A stretch of DNA of 44,049 nt, taken from sequence record SRR2962707_4385; one strand, written 5' to 3'. Shown one piece after another: positions 28,487 through 39,714 of this stretch. Made by a program: the position numbers and the translations under genes. Under the pieces are notes generated by a model. That model saw nothing but the letters and a program-made list of their open reading frames with translations. It was not told where the DNA came from and made no database searches. Every line of letters begins with the position of its first letter. Positions within the stretch are counted from its first letter, which is position 1.

Positions 28487-28512
28487 AAAAAGCCACCCAA
28501 AAAGGGTAGCTT
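28485..28512 (-). terminator. Intrinsic terminator of the acyl-CoA dehydrogenase gene, between convergent genes
   Basis: The minus strand reads AAGCTACCC-TTTTT-GGGTGGCTT followed by a U-run. Confidence 0.75.
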
Positions 28513-28537
28513 CATGTCATACAATAATACTCTCTTC

Positions 28538-29734
28538 CTATTTAAAAGCAGGAATACCTGTGATTTCCGCACCAAGTATCAACAAATGGATATCATGTGT
28601 ACCTTCATAAGTCACTACCGACTCCAGGTTCATCATGTGTCGCATCATTGGATACTCGCCAGTGATACCCATGCCACCATGAATCTGTCTGGCCTCTCTG
28701 GCAATGTTGAGAGCTACCTCCACGCTATTTCTTTTTGCCAGTGAAATTTGAGAGGTGGTGGCTTTTCCTTCATCCATCATTTTGCCAAGCTTCCAGTTCA
28801 GTAACTGCGCCTTGGTGATTTCAGTCAGCATCTCCGCCAGCTTCTTTTGAACCAACTGAAAAGCTCCAATCGGTTTCCCAAACTGCTCGCGTTCCAGTGA
28901 ATATCTTTTTGCTGAATCATAGCAATCCATCGCCGCTCCAATCGCTCCCCAGGCAATACCATATCTTGCTTTATCCAAACATCCCATTGGGGCTCCTAAC
29001 CCATTTTTACCGGGAAGCAAATTCTCTTTAGGAACTTTTACATCACTAAATACCAACTCACCGGTACACGATGCTCTTAAGGACCACTTTCCATGAGTCT
29101 CCGGTGTACTGAATCCTTCCATTCCTCGCTCCACAATCAAGCCATGAATTCGTCCCTCTTCATTCTTTGCCCAAACTACTGCTATATCCGCTTTAGGTGA
29201 GTTAGAAATCCACATTTTAGCACCGTTTAACAAGTAGTGATCCCCCATGTCCTTAAAGTTCGTTTCCATCCCGCTGGGGTTCGAACCATGATTGGGTTCT
29301 GTAAGTCCAAAGCATCCCAGCATCTCACCGGACGCTAGCTTTGGTAAGTATTTTTTCTTTTGTTCCTCCGATCCATATGCATAAATCGGATACATTACCA
29401 ATGATCCCTGAACGGAAGCTGTAGATCGCATACCCGAGTCGCCTCGTTCTATTTCCTGCATGATCAGACCATAGGAGATATAATCAAGACCTCCACCTCC
29501 GTACTCTGTAGGAACAGTAGGTCCAAACGCCCCAACCTCGCCAAATTTCTTTACTATCTCTTCGGGAAAATGATTTTTTTCTGCCCATCCTTCGATGTAT
29601 GGAGTGATTTCCTTTTTCACAAAATCACGAACGGACGATCGTATCAACTTATGTTCTTCGGTAAGTAGGTCGTCAAGGGCGTAAAAATCCGGTGATTCAA
29701 ATTCATCTACAAAGTTTCGCTTTTCTGCACTCAT
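28538..29734 (-). CDS. gcdH: Glutaryl-CoA dehydrogenase (acyl-CoA dehydrogenase family)
   Basis: ERGDSGMRS..SVQGSLVMYPI, GCFGLTEPNHGS, GAKMWISN, KWSLRAS.TG, RYGIAWG, GGMGITGEY and TYEGTHDIH. The start is moved to ATG 29734 (MSAEK), downstream of the promoter box. Confidence 0.88.
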   Translation of the reverse strand: MSAEKRNFVDEFESPDFYALDDLLTEEHKLIRSSVRDFVKKEITPYIEGWAEKNHFPEEIVKKFGEVGAFGPTVPTEYGGGGLDYISYGLIMQEIERGDSGMRSTASVQGSLVMYPIYAYGSEEQKKKYLPKLASGEMLGCFGLTEPNHGSNPSGMETNFKDMGDHYLLNGAKMWISNSPKADIAVVWAKNEEGRIHGLIVERGMEGFSTPETHGKWSLRASCTGELVFSDVKVPKENLLPGKNGLGAPMGCLDKARYGIAWGAIGAAMDCYDSAKRYSLEREQFGKPIGAFQLVQKKLAEMLTEITKAQLLNWKLGKMMDEGKATTSQISLAKRNSVEVALNIAREARQIHGGMGITGEYPMMRHMMNLESVVTYEGTHDIHLLILGAEITGIPAFK

Positions 29735-29773
29735 CAGGGGATGGGTTTTATGTCTGTTGTTAAAATTTTCCGC

Positions 29774-29781
29774 CAAATTTA
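29774..29781 (-). promoter_or_regulatory. Bacteroidota -7 element upstream of gcdH
   Basis: The minus strand reads TAAATTTG within the 77-bp divergent gcdH/kynA gap. Confidence 0.55.
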
Positions 29782-29811
29782 CAACCATAAAACGCAACGA
29801 AGACAACTACT

Positions 29812-30771
29812 ATGGCGGAAAAGAAAATAGATGAAAATATTCTACAACAGCTTACCAAACTCGAAGAAAAATATGAGGCGATGGGACAGGATTTATCCAG
29901 CTACCTGGATGGCTTGCTTTACTCGGACTACCTCACTTACTGGGATTATATTCATCTGGATACTCTTCTTAGTCTGCAAAGTCCGCGAACAGCCATTCCT
30001 GATGAAAAAATATTTATTCTTTATCACCAGGTTACAGAGCTCTACTTTCGAATGATCCTGAATGAGATGGAGCAGGCCACTTACACCGATCCTGTAGGTG
30101 AAAAAACATTCCTCAAACGACTCAGAAGAATTAACCGCTACCTAGACCACCTCATCGATTCTTTTGATGTGATGACAGAGGGAATGGATCAGGATCAGTT
30201 TTTGGCTTTTCGTATGGCACTTCTCCCAGCCAGTGGTTTCCAGTCTGCCCAATATCGCAAGATTGAAATTCACTCCACTAACTACATCAACCTCGTCAAC
30301 CTCGATAAAAGAGAGGAAATGCAAAACGAGACAGACATTTCAAAACTCTATGAGTTTTTATACTGGAAAGCAGGAGCTACTGAGTTGGCATCAGGCAAAA
30401 AAACCCTGACGCTCCGGCAGTTTGAAGCTAAATATGGAAAGGAGTTTATTGAAATGGGAGAAAACTTAAAGGACTGCAACTTGCTCAGGAAGTATTATGA
30501 CCATTATAAGGGAAGTGAAGAAGTAATTGTGGAATTGAAAAAGCTTGATCAAAAAGCCAATGTGGATTGGCCATTGCAGCACTTGAAGTCAGCTACACGG
30601 TATTTACAACGAGATCCTGATGTAATTAAAGCATCAGGAGGAACAAACTGGCAGAAATACCTCCCTCCTCGTAGGCAAAGAATTATCTTCTATCCGGAAC
30701 TTTGGACTGAAGAAGAAACTAAGGAATGGGGACAAAAATTTAAAAAAGCACTATCCAGTACACATGCTTAG
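29812..30771 (+). CDS. kynA: Tryptophan 2,3-dioxygenase family protein
   Basis: TYWDYIHLDTLLSLQ, DEKIFILYHQVTELYF, FLAFR..PASGFQSAQYR.IE, a proximal-His-like W..QH and a GGT loop. Confidence 0.85.
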   Translation: MAEKKIDENILQQLTKLEEKYEAMGQDLSSYLDGLLYSDYLTYWDYIHLDTLLSLQSPRTAIPDEKIFILYHQVTELYFRMILNEMEQATYTDPVGEKTFLKRLRRINRYLDHLIDSFDVMTEGMDQDQFLAFRMALLPASGFQSAQYRKIEIHSTNYINLVNLDKREEMQNETDISKLYEFLYWKAGATELASGKKTLTLRQFEAKYGKEFIEMGENLKDCNLLRKYYDHYKGSEEVIVELKKLDQKANVDWPLQHLKSATRYLQRDPDVIKASGGTNWQKYLPPRRQRIIFYPELWTEEETKEWGQKFKKALSSTHA

Positions 30772-32614
30772 AGTTAGTGGCTATATCACTATCTTCTTTT
30801 CGATTGCTTTTGCACACGCACAGATTAAGCAAGGAAAAAACTATTATGATGCTGATAGCACCAATATCAGTGAAGTATATCATTATTCAATTCAGGACTC
30901 TATGCTCAATGGAGAATATGAGTCCTTTTACCTCAATGGATCACTAAAAACCTATGGCTGGTATAAGAACAATCAACCTGACAGCATCTGGAGGTACTTC
31001 TATGAAAATGGAAGAAAAAAAGCTGAGGGTAGATTTAAAAATGGAATCCCCTCTGGCTATTGGAGGTATTACTTTGAAAATGGTAACCTGAAATCAGAAG
31101 GTATTCTGAGAGGGAATTCAAAGGAGGGTCAATGGAAATTCTATTACGAAAACGACGGAGAAAAAAGTAACGGTGAATATGTAAATAATGCCAAAACCGG
31201 AATCTGGAATTACTTCTATGAGGATGGGTCCTTAAAAGCACAATCCGTCATAGAAAATGGTTTAGGTCAGTATACAGAATTCTACCCCTCGGGAGCAAGA
31301 AAAATGGAGGGAACAAACAGGAATGAAAAAAGTGAAGGAGAATGGATTTATTATTACGAATCAGGCGAACTGGAAGCTATCGGAGAGTTTAGCAATGGAC
31401 TAAAAACCGGGGTATGGACCTACTATCATAAGAATGGAGAGAAGGCCGCAATTGGAAACTTCGATAAGGGCCAGAGAAATGGTGAGTGGGAATATTATCA
31501 TGAAAATGGCAAGCTAAGCCAGTCGGGAAAAATAACAGAAGATGAAAAAGACGGATACTGGAAGCTTTTCTATCCTACTGGTGAGATGTTGGGTGAAGTC
31601 ACCTTTGATGAGGGAGATGGAATGTTTAATGAATACTACCCGAGTGGAAATCAAAAATCAAAAGGCCAAATCATAGACGGAGAGAAAACAGGTAAATGGT
31701 ACTACTATAGTGAGAAAGGGCAGCTCGAAGGGGAAGCAGACCTGAAAAAAGGTGAAGGAGAATACATTGGGTACTATCCGGATGGCAGTATCAAAATGAA
31801 AGGTCAGGTTAAGTATGACAAGCGGGTCGGAGAATGGACCCTGTACAATCCTGATGGAAGTACTGCAGGAACCTACCGGCCTATCTATGAAAATACCCAG
31901 CCAATATTCAAGACAAGAATTACACAAGATGCGGAAAACAAGGAATCCCTGGATAAACCAAACTATCATCCTGAAAAGCGAGGGTTGAGGTACTTTTTAC
32001 CCAGAGTAAATGAATATAAAGGATTCATTATCGCATCAAACCCTATATGGCTTCTCGATGACCAGCTGCCAGTAGCCATTGAATATTACATTCAGGAACG
32101 TTTAGGTTATGAATTACAATTCGACATCATTCGATCTCCTTTCTTCACGCCTGATGAGAAGATAGGAGATTATCAGGTTTACAGCCGGGGAGTTAAAATT
32201 CATTTCAGGCAAAAATTTTACCACGCTGATTCAAAGCTTGGAATGTTTTACTTTGGACATGAAGTCAATTTCAAATACCTGAATAATAAAGTAGATCATC
32301 TCGACACGCTCAGAAATCCTCCTCCGCAATTGAAAGGAAACCTCATTGAAACCAGCTACGGCTATGGCTTATTCATCGGAAACAGATGGATGAAGGACGT
32401 GGGATCATCCGGATTGACAATTGATGCTTTTTTAGGTGTTGGTGTAGCTAGTCGATCCTACAAGGAAGATTACGCACCAAGTCAATTAAGCCTGCTGGAT
32501 GAACGTTTGGATCCATATTTCAATGATGACATCAAATCATCTGTTCACTTTCCAATCATCATTGGAGTTAATATCGGATTTGCAGTAACAAAAAGTAAGA
32601 GCAAAACTCAATGA
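30764..32614 (+). CDS. Exported MORN-variant (YwqK-like) repeat protein with a C-terminal beta-barrel-like domain
   Basis: Signal peptide ..AHA-Q and about 14 repeats of G.W.YYYENG.L..EG.F. From about aa 420 there are alternating aromatic/Gly strands resembling small DUF3575-type barrels. It overlaps kynA by 8 bp. Confidence 0.8.
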   Translation: MLRVSGYITIFFSIAFAHAQIKQGKNYYDADSTNISEVYHYSIQDSMLNGEYESFYLNGSLKTYGWYKNNQPDSIWRYFYENGRKKAEGRFKNGIPSGYWRYYFENGNLKSEGILRGNSKEGQWKFYYENDGEKSNGEYVNNAKTGIWNYFYEDGSLKAQSVIENGLGQYTEFYPSGARKMEGTNRNEKSEGEWIYYYESGELEAIGEFSNGLKTGVWTYYHKNGEKAAIGNFDKGQRNGEWEYYHENGKLSQSGKITEDEKDGYWKLFYPTGEMLGEVTFDEGDGMFNEYYPSGNQKSKGQIIDGEKTGKWYYYSEKGQLEGEADLKKGEGEYIGYYPDGSIKMKGQVKYDKRVGEWTLYNPDGSTAGTYRPIYENTQPIFKTRITQDAENKESLDKPNYHPEKRGLRYFLPRVNEYKGFIIASNPIWLLDDQLPVAIEYYIQERLGYELQFDIIRSPFFTPDEKIGDYQVYSRGVKIHFRQKFYHADSKLGMFYFGHEVNFKYLNNKVDHLDTLRNPPPQLKGNLIETSYGYGLFIGNRWMKDVGSSGLTIDAFLGVGVASRSYKEDYAPSQLSLLDERLDPYFNDDIKSSVHFPIIIGVNIGFAVTKSKSKTQ

Positions 32615-32979
32615 GTAAAAAAACAGCCATTCTTGGTGCCACGACTAATCCGGCACGATATGCCTACCTGGCAGCAGAGAGACTCTCTGCTCACAATCAT
32701 GAAATTGTTCCCATTGGAATTAAAAAAGGAGCTGTATTTGGTCACGAGATTTTAGACCTTAGACAAAAGCCGAACATCTCAGGTATTGATACCGTGACCA
32801 TGTATATTGGCCCACAAAATCAGAGGGAATGGGAAGACTACATCATATCACTGAATCCGAAAAGGATCATCTTCAATCCCGGAGCAGAAAATCCATCACT
32901 GGCCCACAAGGCATCTGAAAACAACATTGAAACAATTAATGCCTGCACCCTCGTCATGCTTGGAAATGATCTCTACTGA
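32611..32979 (+). CDS. CoA-binding domain protein (YccU-like)
   Basis: TAILGAT.NPARYA, IDTVTMYIGP, RIIFNPGAEN and ACTLVML. ATGA overlap with the upstream gene. Confidence 0.88.
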   Translation: MSKKTAILGATTNPARYAYLAAERLSAHNHEIVPIGIKKGAVFGHEILDLRQKPNISGIDTVTMYIGPQNQREWEDYIISLNPKRIIFNPGAENPSLAHKASENNIETINACTLVMLGNDLY

Positions 32980-32998
32980 GGATTGAGATAAAAAATGA

Positions 32999-34378
32999 TC
33001 AATCCGAATATGACTCTTGAACAGCTATTGATGGCACAACATTGACACCTTGTTCCATGAGTTTCTCCAGCGCCTTGCGTGTTTCAAACTGATCCGGATC
33101 ATTCAAGTCAATATCAAGATTTCTCCAGAAAAAAGTCTTCAGCTTCAATTCGTTAATCTGTTCAGGAATTCCGGAGATATCGGTATCTGAAATATCTAAA
33201 TCTTCCAAACTCCTCATTCCTAAAACCTGCTGCGGAAAGGTTGGGATGTAATTATTTTGAAAGTGAAAGACCCTTAGGTTATCTAGTTGTTCCAGTTGCT
33301 GCGGCACCTCACTTATTCTGTTATGATGAATGTATAATTCTTCCAGACGGCTTAAATCACTAATCTCATCAGGAATATCATAAAGAGAATTAAATGAAAG
33401 GTAGAGAATCTTTAAGCTTTTCAGCTTGGCTATGTCGGACGGAATTTTCTCCAGTTCGTTGTAGTACAAATCAATGACTTCCAACTCATCTAAATCAAAA
33501 AGGTCAGATGGAAGGCTCTCCAGTTCATTTTTATAAAATGAAATCTTTGAGAGATTCTGAAGTGCCGAAATACCTTCCGGGATTTCAGAAAGTCCATTAA
33601 CCTGAATTAACAATTCTTTTAATCCGGCCATTTTATAAAGTGAGGGATGGAGATATTCAATCTCGCATTTGTTCAGACGCAGAATCTCAAGGTCCTTCAA
33701 TAACCAATACCACCTTCTATTTATGACAACTGGATTCCTGGACAAATCTAATTCTCTGAGTGATTTCAATCTTCTACCCTTCCAGGTTGGGATCTTAGCG
33801 AAGGCATTATTTTCCAGTACCAGTTCCTCCAACCCTTTCAGCCTATGTACCTTGGGCAGCTTCTTTAATCCATTTCCGGTCAGATCTAATTTCTCAATCC
33901 CCTCCTGTCGTTTAATTTTTGGCCTGTTCATTCCCAATTCATTATACCTCCAATAAATTCTCTTTAATTCAGAAAGATTATTGAGTGATTTTGGAAGCTC
34001 ATGTATCTGATTATAATCCAGTATTAATATCTCAAGGCTCTCTGCATCATATACCCAATCAGGAATTTGACTCAGCCTTGCACTAGTAAGATCCAGCTCC
34101 TTGACTGATGAGAGGTCAGATGCCTTATATTGATTGATTCTGTCTACAGCCTCCAGATATCTTTCCTCTTCTTTGATCTTCCTGATTGAATCCATATATC
34201 TCTCAGGATCCTTTTCCCTCCTTCTTCTTATTTCCTCAATACGTTTGAGCGTCTCTTCATACTGCTTGCGTCGTTCTATTGTAGTGCTGTCTTCTGTATC
34301 CAGGTCAGTTTCTTGTGAAAAAACGGGTAGAATGAAGATCAGAATAAATAGATATAGAAAGAGGTTTTTTGGCTGCAT
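32999..34378 (-). CDS. Exported leucine-rich repeat protein
   Basis: Signal peptide ..VFS-Q, a charged coiled-coil-like segment, then about 14 repeats of roughly 23 aa matching LxxLxLxxNxLxxLPxxI. Confidence 0.88.
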   Translation of the reverse strand: MQPKNLFLYLFILIFILPVFSQETDLDTEDSTTIERRKQYEETLKRIEEIRRRREKDPERYMDSIRKIKEEERYLEAVDRINQYKASDLSSVKELDLTSARLSQIPDWVYDAESLEILILDYNQIHELPKSLNNLSELKRIYWRYNELGMNRPKIKRQEGIEKLDLTGNGLKKLPKVHRLKGLEELVLENNAFAKIPTWKGRRLKSLRELDLSRNPVVINRRWYWLLKDLEILRLNKCEIEYLHPSLYKMAGLKELLIQVNGLSEIPEGISALQNLSKISFYKNELESLPSDLFDLDELEVIDLYYNELEKIPSDIAKLKSLKILYLSFNSLYDIPDEISDLSRLEELYIHHNRISEVPQQLEQLDNLRVFHFQNNYIPTFPQQVLGMRSLEDLDISDTDISGIPEQINELKLKTFFWRNLDIDLNDPDQFETRKALEKLMEQGVNVVPSIAVQESYSD

Positions 34379-34454
34379 TACAGGTTAGGTTTCAGAATGA
34401 TTTTAAAGGTCGATTTTAACTATCAAAAACCTCGCCAAATCGAGATAATTTTAG

Positions 34455-34462
34455 TACTTTTG
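34455..34462 (+). promoter_or_regulatory. Bacteroidota -7 element upstream of gyrB
   Basis: TACTTTTG lies 100 bp before the ATG at 34563. Confidence 0.5.
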
Positions 34463-34553
34463 AACCTTGAAAAAGACTACATTTTAAACATTTAAGAGCA
34501 CTTTGAAAAGATTTGAAAATCATTCGATCTAAAGCTCTAATTCTTGTTTTTAA

Positions 34554-36521
<1,968 letters not shown>

Positions 36522-36522
36522 T

Positions 36523-36645
36523 TTATTTAGATAAAAGGATCTGATACATTGCCTGGATAAACTTCCAAATTACAGCGAACGTAAAAAGGATTGCAGATCC
36601 AAAAGCGAAAATGATCAGAAGAATAAAGTCTAAAATTTTTTCCAT
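36523..36645 (-). CDS. Putative 40-aa single-TM small protein (not in the ORF track)
   Basis: Hand translation gives MEKILDFILLIIFAFGSAILFTFAVIWKFIQAMYQILLSK*. It has an ATG start and a TAA stop 1 bp from the gyrB stop, and fills most of the gyrB-M1 gap. Confidence 0.5.
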   Translation of the reverse strand: MEKILDFILLIIFAFGSAILFTFAVIWKFIQAMYQILLSK

Positions 36646-36725
36646 ACTCTTCAGGTTAATTGAGTTAATGAATATACGATTTAATTAACCAAGAAGGTGA
36701 TGAAATGTTAAACTATTTTTCCACT

Positions 36726-38558
36726 ATGAAATATAATTTTATTAAGAAAGTAATTTTCACTCTTTTATTTGGTTGTTACGCGTCCTTTGGTCACGCTCAA
36801 AACTATTGGCAACAACGAGTAGAGTACAAGATGGATATTGATTTCAATGTCGAAAATCATCAGTTTACAGGTACTCAAACATTGAAATATTTCAATAATA
36901 GCCCGGATACATTGGATAGGGTGTTTTATCACTTGTATTTCAATGCTTTTCGGCCGGGAAGCATGATGGACACAAGAAGCAGAAGCATTGAAGACCCTGA
37001 TGGTCGTGTCAGAGACCGTATTTCAAAATTGGATGATTCGGAGATTGGCTTTCACAAAGTCCAATCGTTAACACAAGATGGTAAAGACCTGAAATTCGAA
37101 GTAGAAGGAACTGTGTTGGAAGTAGTTTTAGCAGATCCAATTCTTCCGGGCACCTCTACAGTTTTTGAAATGACCTTTGAAAGCCAGGTTCCTGTGCAGA
37201 TCAGAAGAAGCGGAAGAAACAATGCTGAAGGAATAGACTACAGCATGGCTCAATGGTATCCGAAGATGGCTGAATATGACGGAAGAGGCTGGCATACCCA
37301 TCCGTACGTAGGTAGAGAGTTTTATGCCCCATGGGGAGACTTTGAAGTAAACCTCACTATTGACAAGGATTATGTCGTAGCTGCAACTGGCACGCTTCAA
37401 AATCCCAATGAGATCGGGTATGGCTATGAGGATGAGGGAACCAAGGTGAATCGAAAAGAAAAAACACTCACATGGAAATTCAAAGTTGAGAATGTACATG
37501 ATTTTGTCTGGGCTGCAGATCCGGATTATACGCATACAAAAACCACGGTAGAAGGTGGTCCGGAAATTCACTTTTTTTACCAAAAAGGAAGCAAGACTAA
37601 AGAATGGGAAAAACTACCTGAAGCCACAGCAAAAGCTTTTGCGTTCATTGAAGAAAACTATGGTGAATATCCGTATACTCATTATTCGGTCATTCAAGGT
37701 GGAGATGGTGGTATGGAATACCCAATGGCAACTCTTATTACCGGAGAGAGAAATTTTGGAAGCTTATTAGGTGTGACTGTACATGAAGCATTGCATTCAT
37801 GGTATCAGGGAGTTCTTGGATTCAATGAAAGCTATTATTCCTGGATGGATGAAGGATTTACATCATATGTACAAGACGAAACACTTGCTTATTTAAGCGG
37901 TGACCAGGAAAATGCACAAAAAGGCAATTATGCCAGCTATGTCCGACTCACTCAAACTGGCAAAGAGGAACCGATGAGTACTCATTCAGACTTTTTCACA
38001 ACCAATTATGCCTATGGCAGATCAGCCTACACAAAAGGAGCTGTAACCCTGGCACAAATGAATTACCTGGTTGGAAAAGAAACTGCTCTCAGGGCTCAAA
38101 AGAAGTTTTACAATCAGTGGAAATTCAAACACCCGGATGCTAATGATTGGATCAGAGTATTTGAAAAGGAATCGGGCCTTGAGTTAGATTGGTACCTGGA
38201 TTTCTGGACAAATCATACACACACCATCGATTATGGGATACAGTCCGTATCAGCGTCAGATAATAAAACCACTGTAAACCTTGAAAAGAAGGGTTATATG
38301 CCTATGCCCGTGGATGTTTATGTGACATTCAATGATGGATCAAAGAAAATCTACTATGCCCCTCTTGTGATAATGAGAGGTGAAAAAGAGAATGAAACAG
38401 ATCTGGAAAGAGTGGTGCTTCCGGACTGGCCTTGGACACACTCCTCCTATCAGTTTACCATTGATCAACCAATGAGTGAAATCTCATCAATAGTGATTGA
38501 TGAAACTGGTTATATGGCGGATGTGAACCGAGAAAACAATACGTGGGAGAAGGATTAA
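36726..38558 (+). CDS. M1 family zinc aminopeptidase, exported
   Basis: Signal peptide ..GHA-QNYWQQ, GGMEYP, HEALH-x18-E (WMDEG) and YTKG. Alternative start at 36705. Confidence 0.92.
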   Translation: MKYNFIKKVIFTLLFGCYASFGHAQNYWQQRVEYKMDIDFNVENHQFTGTQTLKYFNNSPDTLDRVFYHLYFNAFRPGSMMDTRSRSIEDPDGRVRDRISKLDDSEIGFHKVQSLTQDGKDLKFEVEGTVLEVVLADPILPGTSTVFEMTFESQVPVQIRRSGRNNAEGIDYSMAQWYPKMAEYDGRGWHTHPYVGREFYAPWGDFEVNLTIDKDYVVAATGTLQNPNEIGYGYEDEGTKVNRKEKTLTWKFKVENVHDFVWAADPDYTHTKTTVEGGPEIHFFYQKGSKTKEWEKLPEATAKAFAFIEENYGEYPYTHYSVIQGGDGGMEYPMATLITGERNFGSLLGVTVHEALHSWYQGVLGFNESYYSWMDEGFTSYVQDETLAYLSGDQENAQKGNYASYVRLTQTGKEEPMSTHSDFFTTNYAYGRSAYTKGAVTLAQMNYLVGKETALRAQKKFYNQWKFKHPDANDWIRVFEKESGLELDWYLDFWTNHTHTIDYGIQSVSASDNKTTVNLEKKGYMPMPVDVYVTFNDGSKKIYYAPLVIMRGEKENETDLERVVLPDWPWTHSSYQFTIDQPMSEISSIVIDETGYMADVNRENNTWEKD

Positions 38559-38565
38559 CCTTCTC

Positions 38566-39648
38566 CTACTCCTCTCCTTTTTCAACCTTCCCTTTAATGG
38601 TTATTATCTGCGTGGGAGCTACAGGGTCGTTTGAATAGACAGTTATAGACTTATATTGATTACCACGCATTTCTGAGGTATCAAAAGAGACTTTAAGGGT
38701 CTGGCTTTTCCCTTTTTTGATACTTTTCTTTTTTAAGTCATAGGTAATGCACCCACAGTTTGACTTAACTGCACGCAGTTCCAATTTTTCCTTACCTGTG
38801 TTTGACAATTCAAATTCCATTTCTAAAATCGAGCCAGCCGTGACTCGTCCAAAATCGTAAGACCGATCAGAAACCTCCAGTTTAGCAGCATTATCCAACT
38901 CCTCGGCCGTCATTTCAGGGAAGTACTCCTCAATTACCGCAATCACTGACAGATTTTCCTCAGAATCTTCACTCAATTGAATATTATCACTCACAAAACC
39001 ATAGTCAGCCTTTTTGATGGGATCGTAGGTGATTTTCAGCTGACCCATTTCTCTTGGATTCAAAAAATCCGGTACTAATTCTACCTGAATATGATCGGGA
39101 AGGGTCATTTCTTCAGCATTGAGAACTGCTATTGTATCAGAGTAATTAAACACATCAAACGTCTTCTCCACAGGCTTTTCTGTAGTGATCTTACCAATAT
39201 TCATTCCCCGATATTTGAGTCGTAAATCACCAACTAAAACCGGAAATTCCTCTTCCGGGGTTTTTGGTTTCGGTTTCACAAAACCGGATATGTATAAGGT
39301 ATGATTTGAGGACGGATCGCTGGTTGTTAATCGAAGCGACTTTCTAAATCGTCCAGGCCTGTTTCTTGGGTTGTACTTTGCTTTTACAAAGCCGGAATCT
39401 CCAGGCATCACTTCCTCCTTTGTCCAGCCCGGTGTTGTGCATCCGCAGGAAGCCTTCACCCTTGTGATTGTAATGGGTTCATCTCCGGTGTTTACAAACC
39501 GAAAGGTAAATTCAGCAGGCCCAGCTTCCTCTCTTATATCTCCAAAGTCATGATCTGTTTTCTCAAATTCCAATTTCGGCTGACCGTAGACAGCCGCAAA
39601 AAACAGAAGGGTAAAAATGGAAAAAATCGCTCTCATCTCTAATTTCAT
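38566..39648 (-). CDS. DUF1573 domain-containing exported protein (three Ig-like repeats)
   Basis: Signal peptide; HDFG.I..F.F.NTG..V.ASCGCT and YDFG.V..SNTG..NCGCI repeats. The start could be 39648 or 39636. Confidence 0.85.
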   Translation of the reverse strand: MKLEMRAIFSIFTLLFFAAVYGQPKLEFEKTDHDFGDIREEAGPAEFTFRFVNTGDEPITITRVKASCGCTTPGWTKEEVMPGDSGFVKAKYNPRNRPGRFRKSLRLTTSDPSSNHTLYISGFVKPKPKTPEEEFPVLVGDLRLKYRGMNIGKITTEKPVEKTFDVFNYSDTIAVLNAEEMTLPDHIQVELVPDFLNPREMGQLKITYDPIKKADYGFVSDNIQLSEDSEENLSVIAVIEEYFPEMTAEELDNAAKLEVSDRSYDFGRVTAGSILEMEFELSNTGKEKLELRAVKSNCGCITYDLKKKSIKKGKSQTLKVSFDTSEMRGNQYKSITVYSNDPVAPTQIITIKGKVEKGEE

Positions 39649-39690
39649 TTTTCAGTTCAACAGGCTCAATATTCAAAGCCTCAAATTATA

Positions 39691-39698
39691 TAGGTTTG
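39691..39698 (+). promoter_or_regulatory. Bacteroidota -7 element upstream of trpS
   Basis: TAGGTTTG lies 16 bp before the ATG at 39715. Confidence 0.55.
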
Positions 39699-39714
39699 CA
39701 CAAATTTTTAACGA

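Noticed and set aside
30764-32614. Toxin-antitoxin system suggested by YwqK-like repeats
   Set aside because: No adjacent toxin gene is present and the protein is exported with a barrel-like tail, so the label reflects repeat similarity only.
30900-34100. Periodic nucleotide similarity that could mimic a CRISPR array or tandem repeat
   Set aside because: It is fully explained by in-frame MORN and LRR protein repeats. There are no identical direct repeats with spacers and no cas genes.
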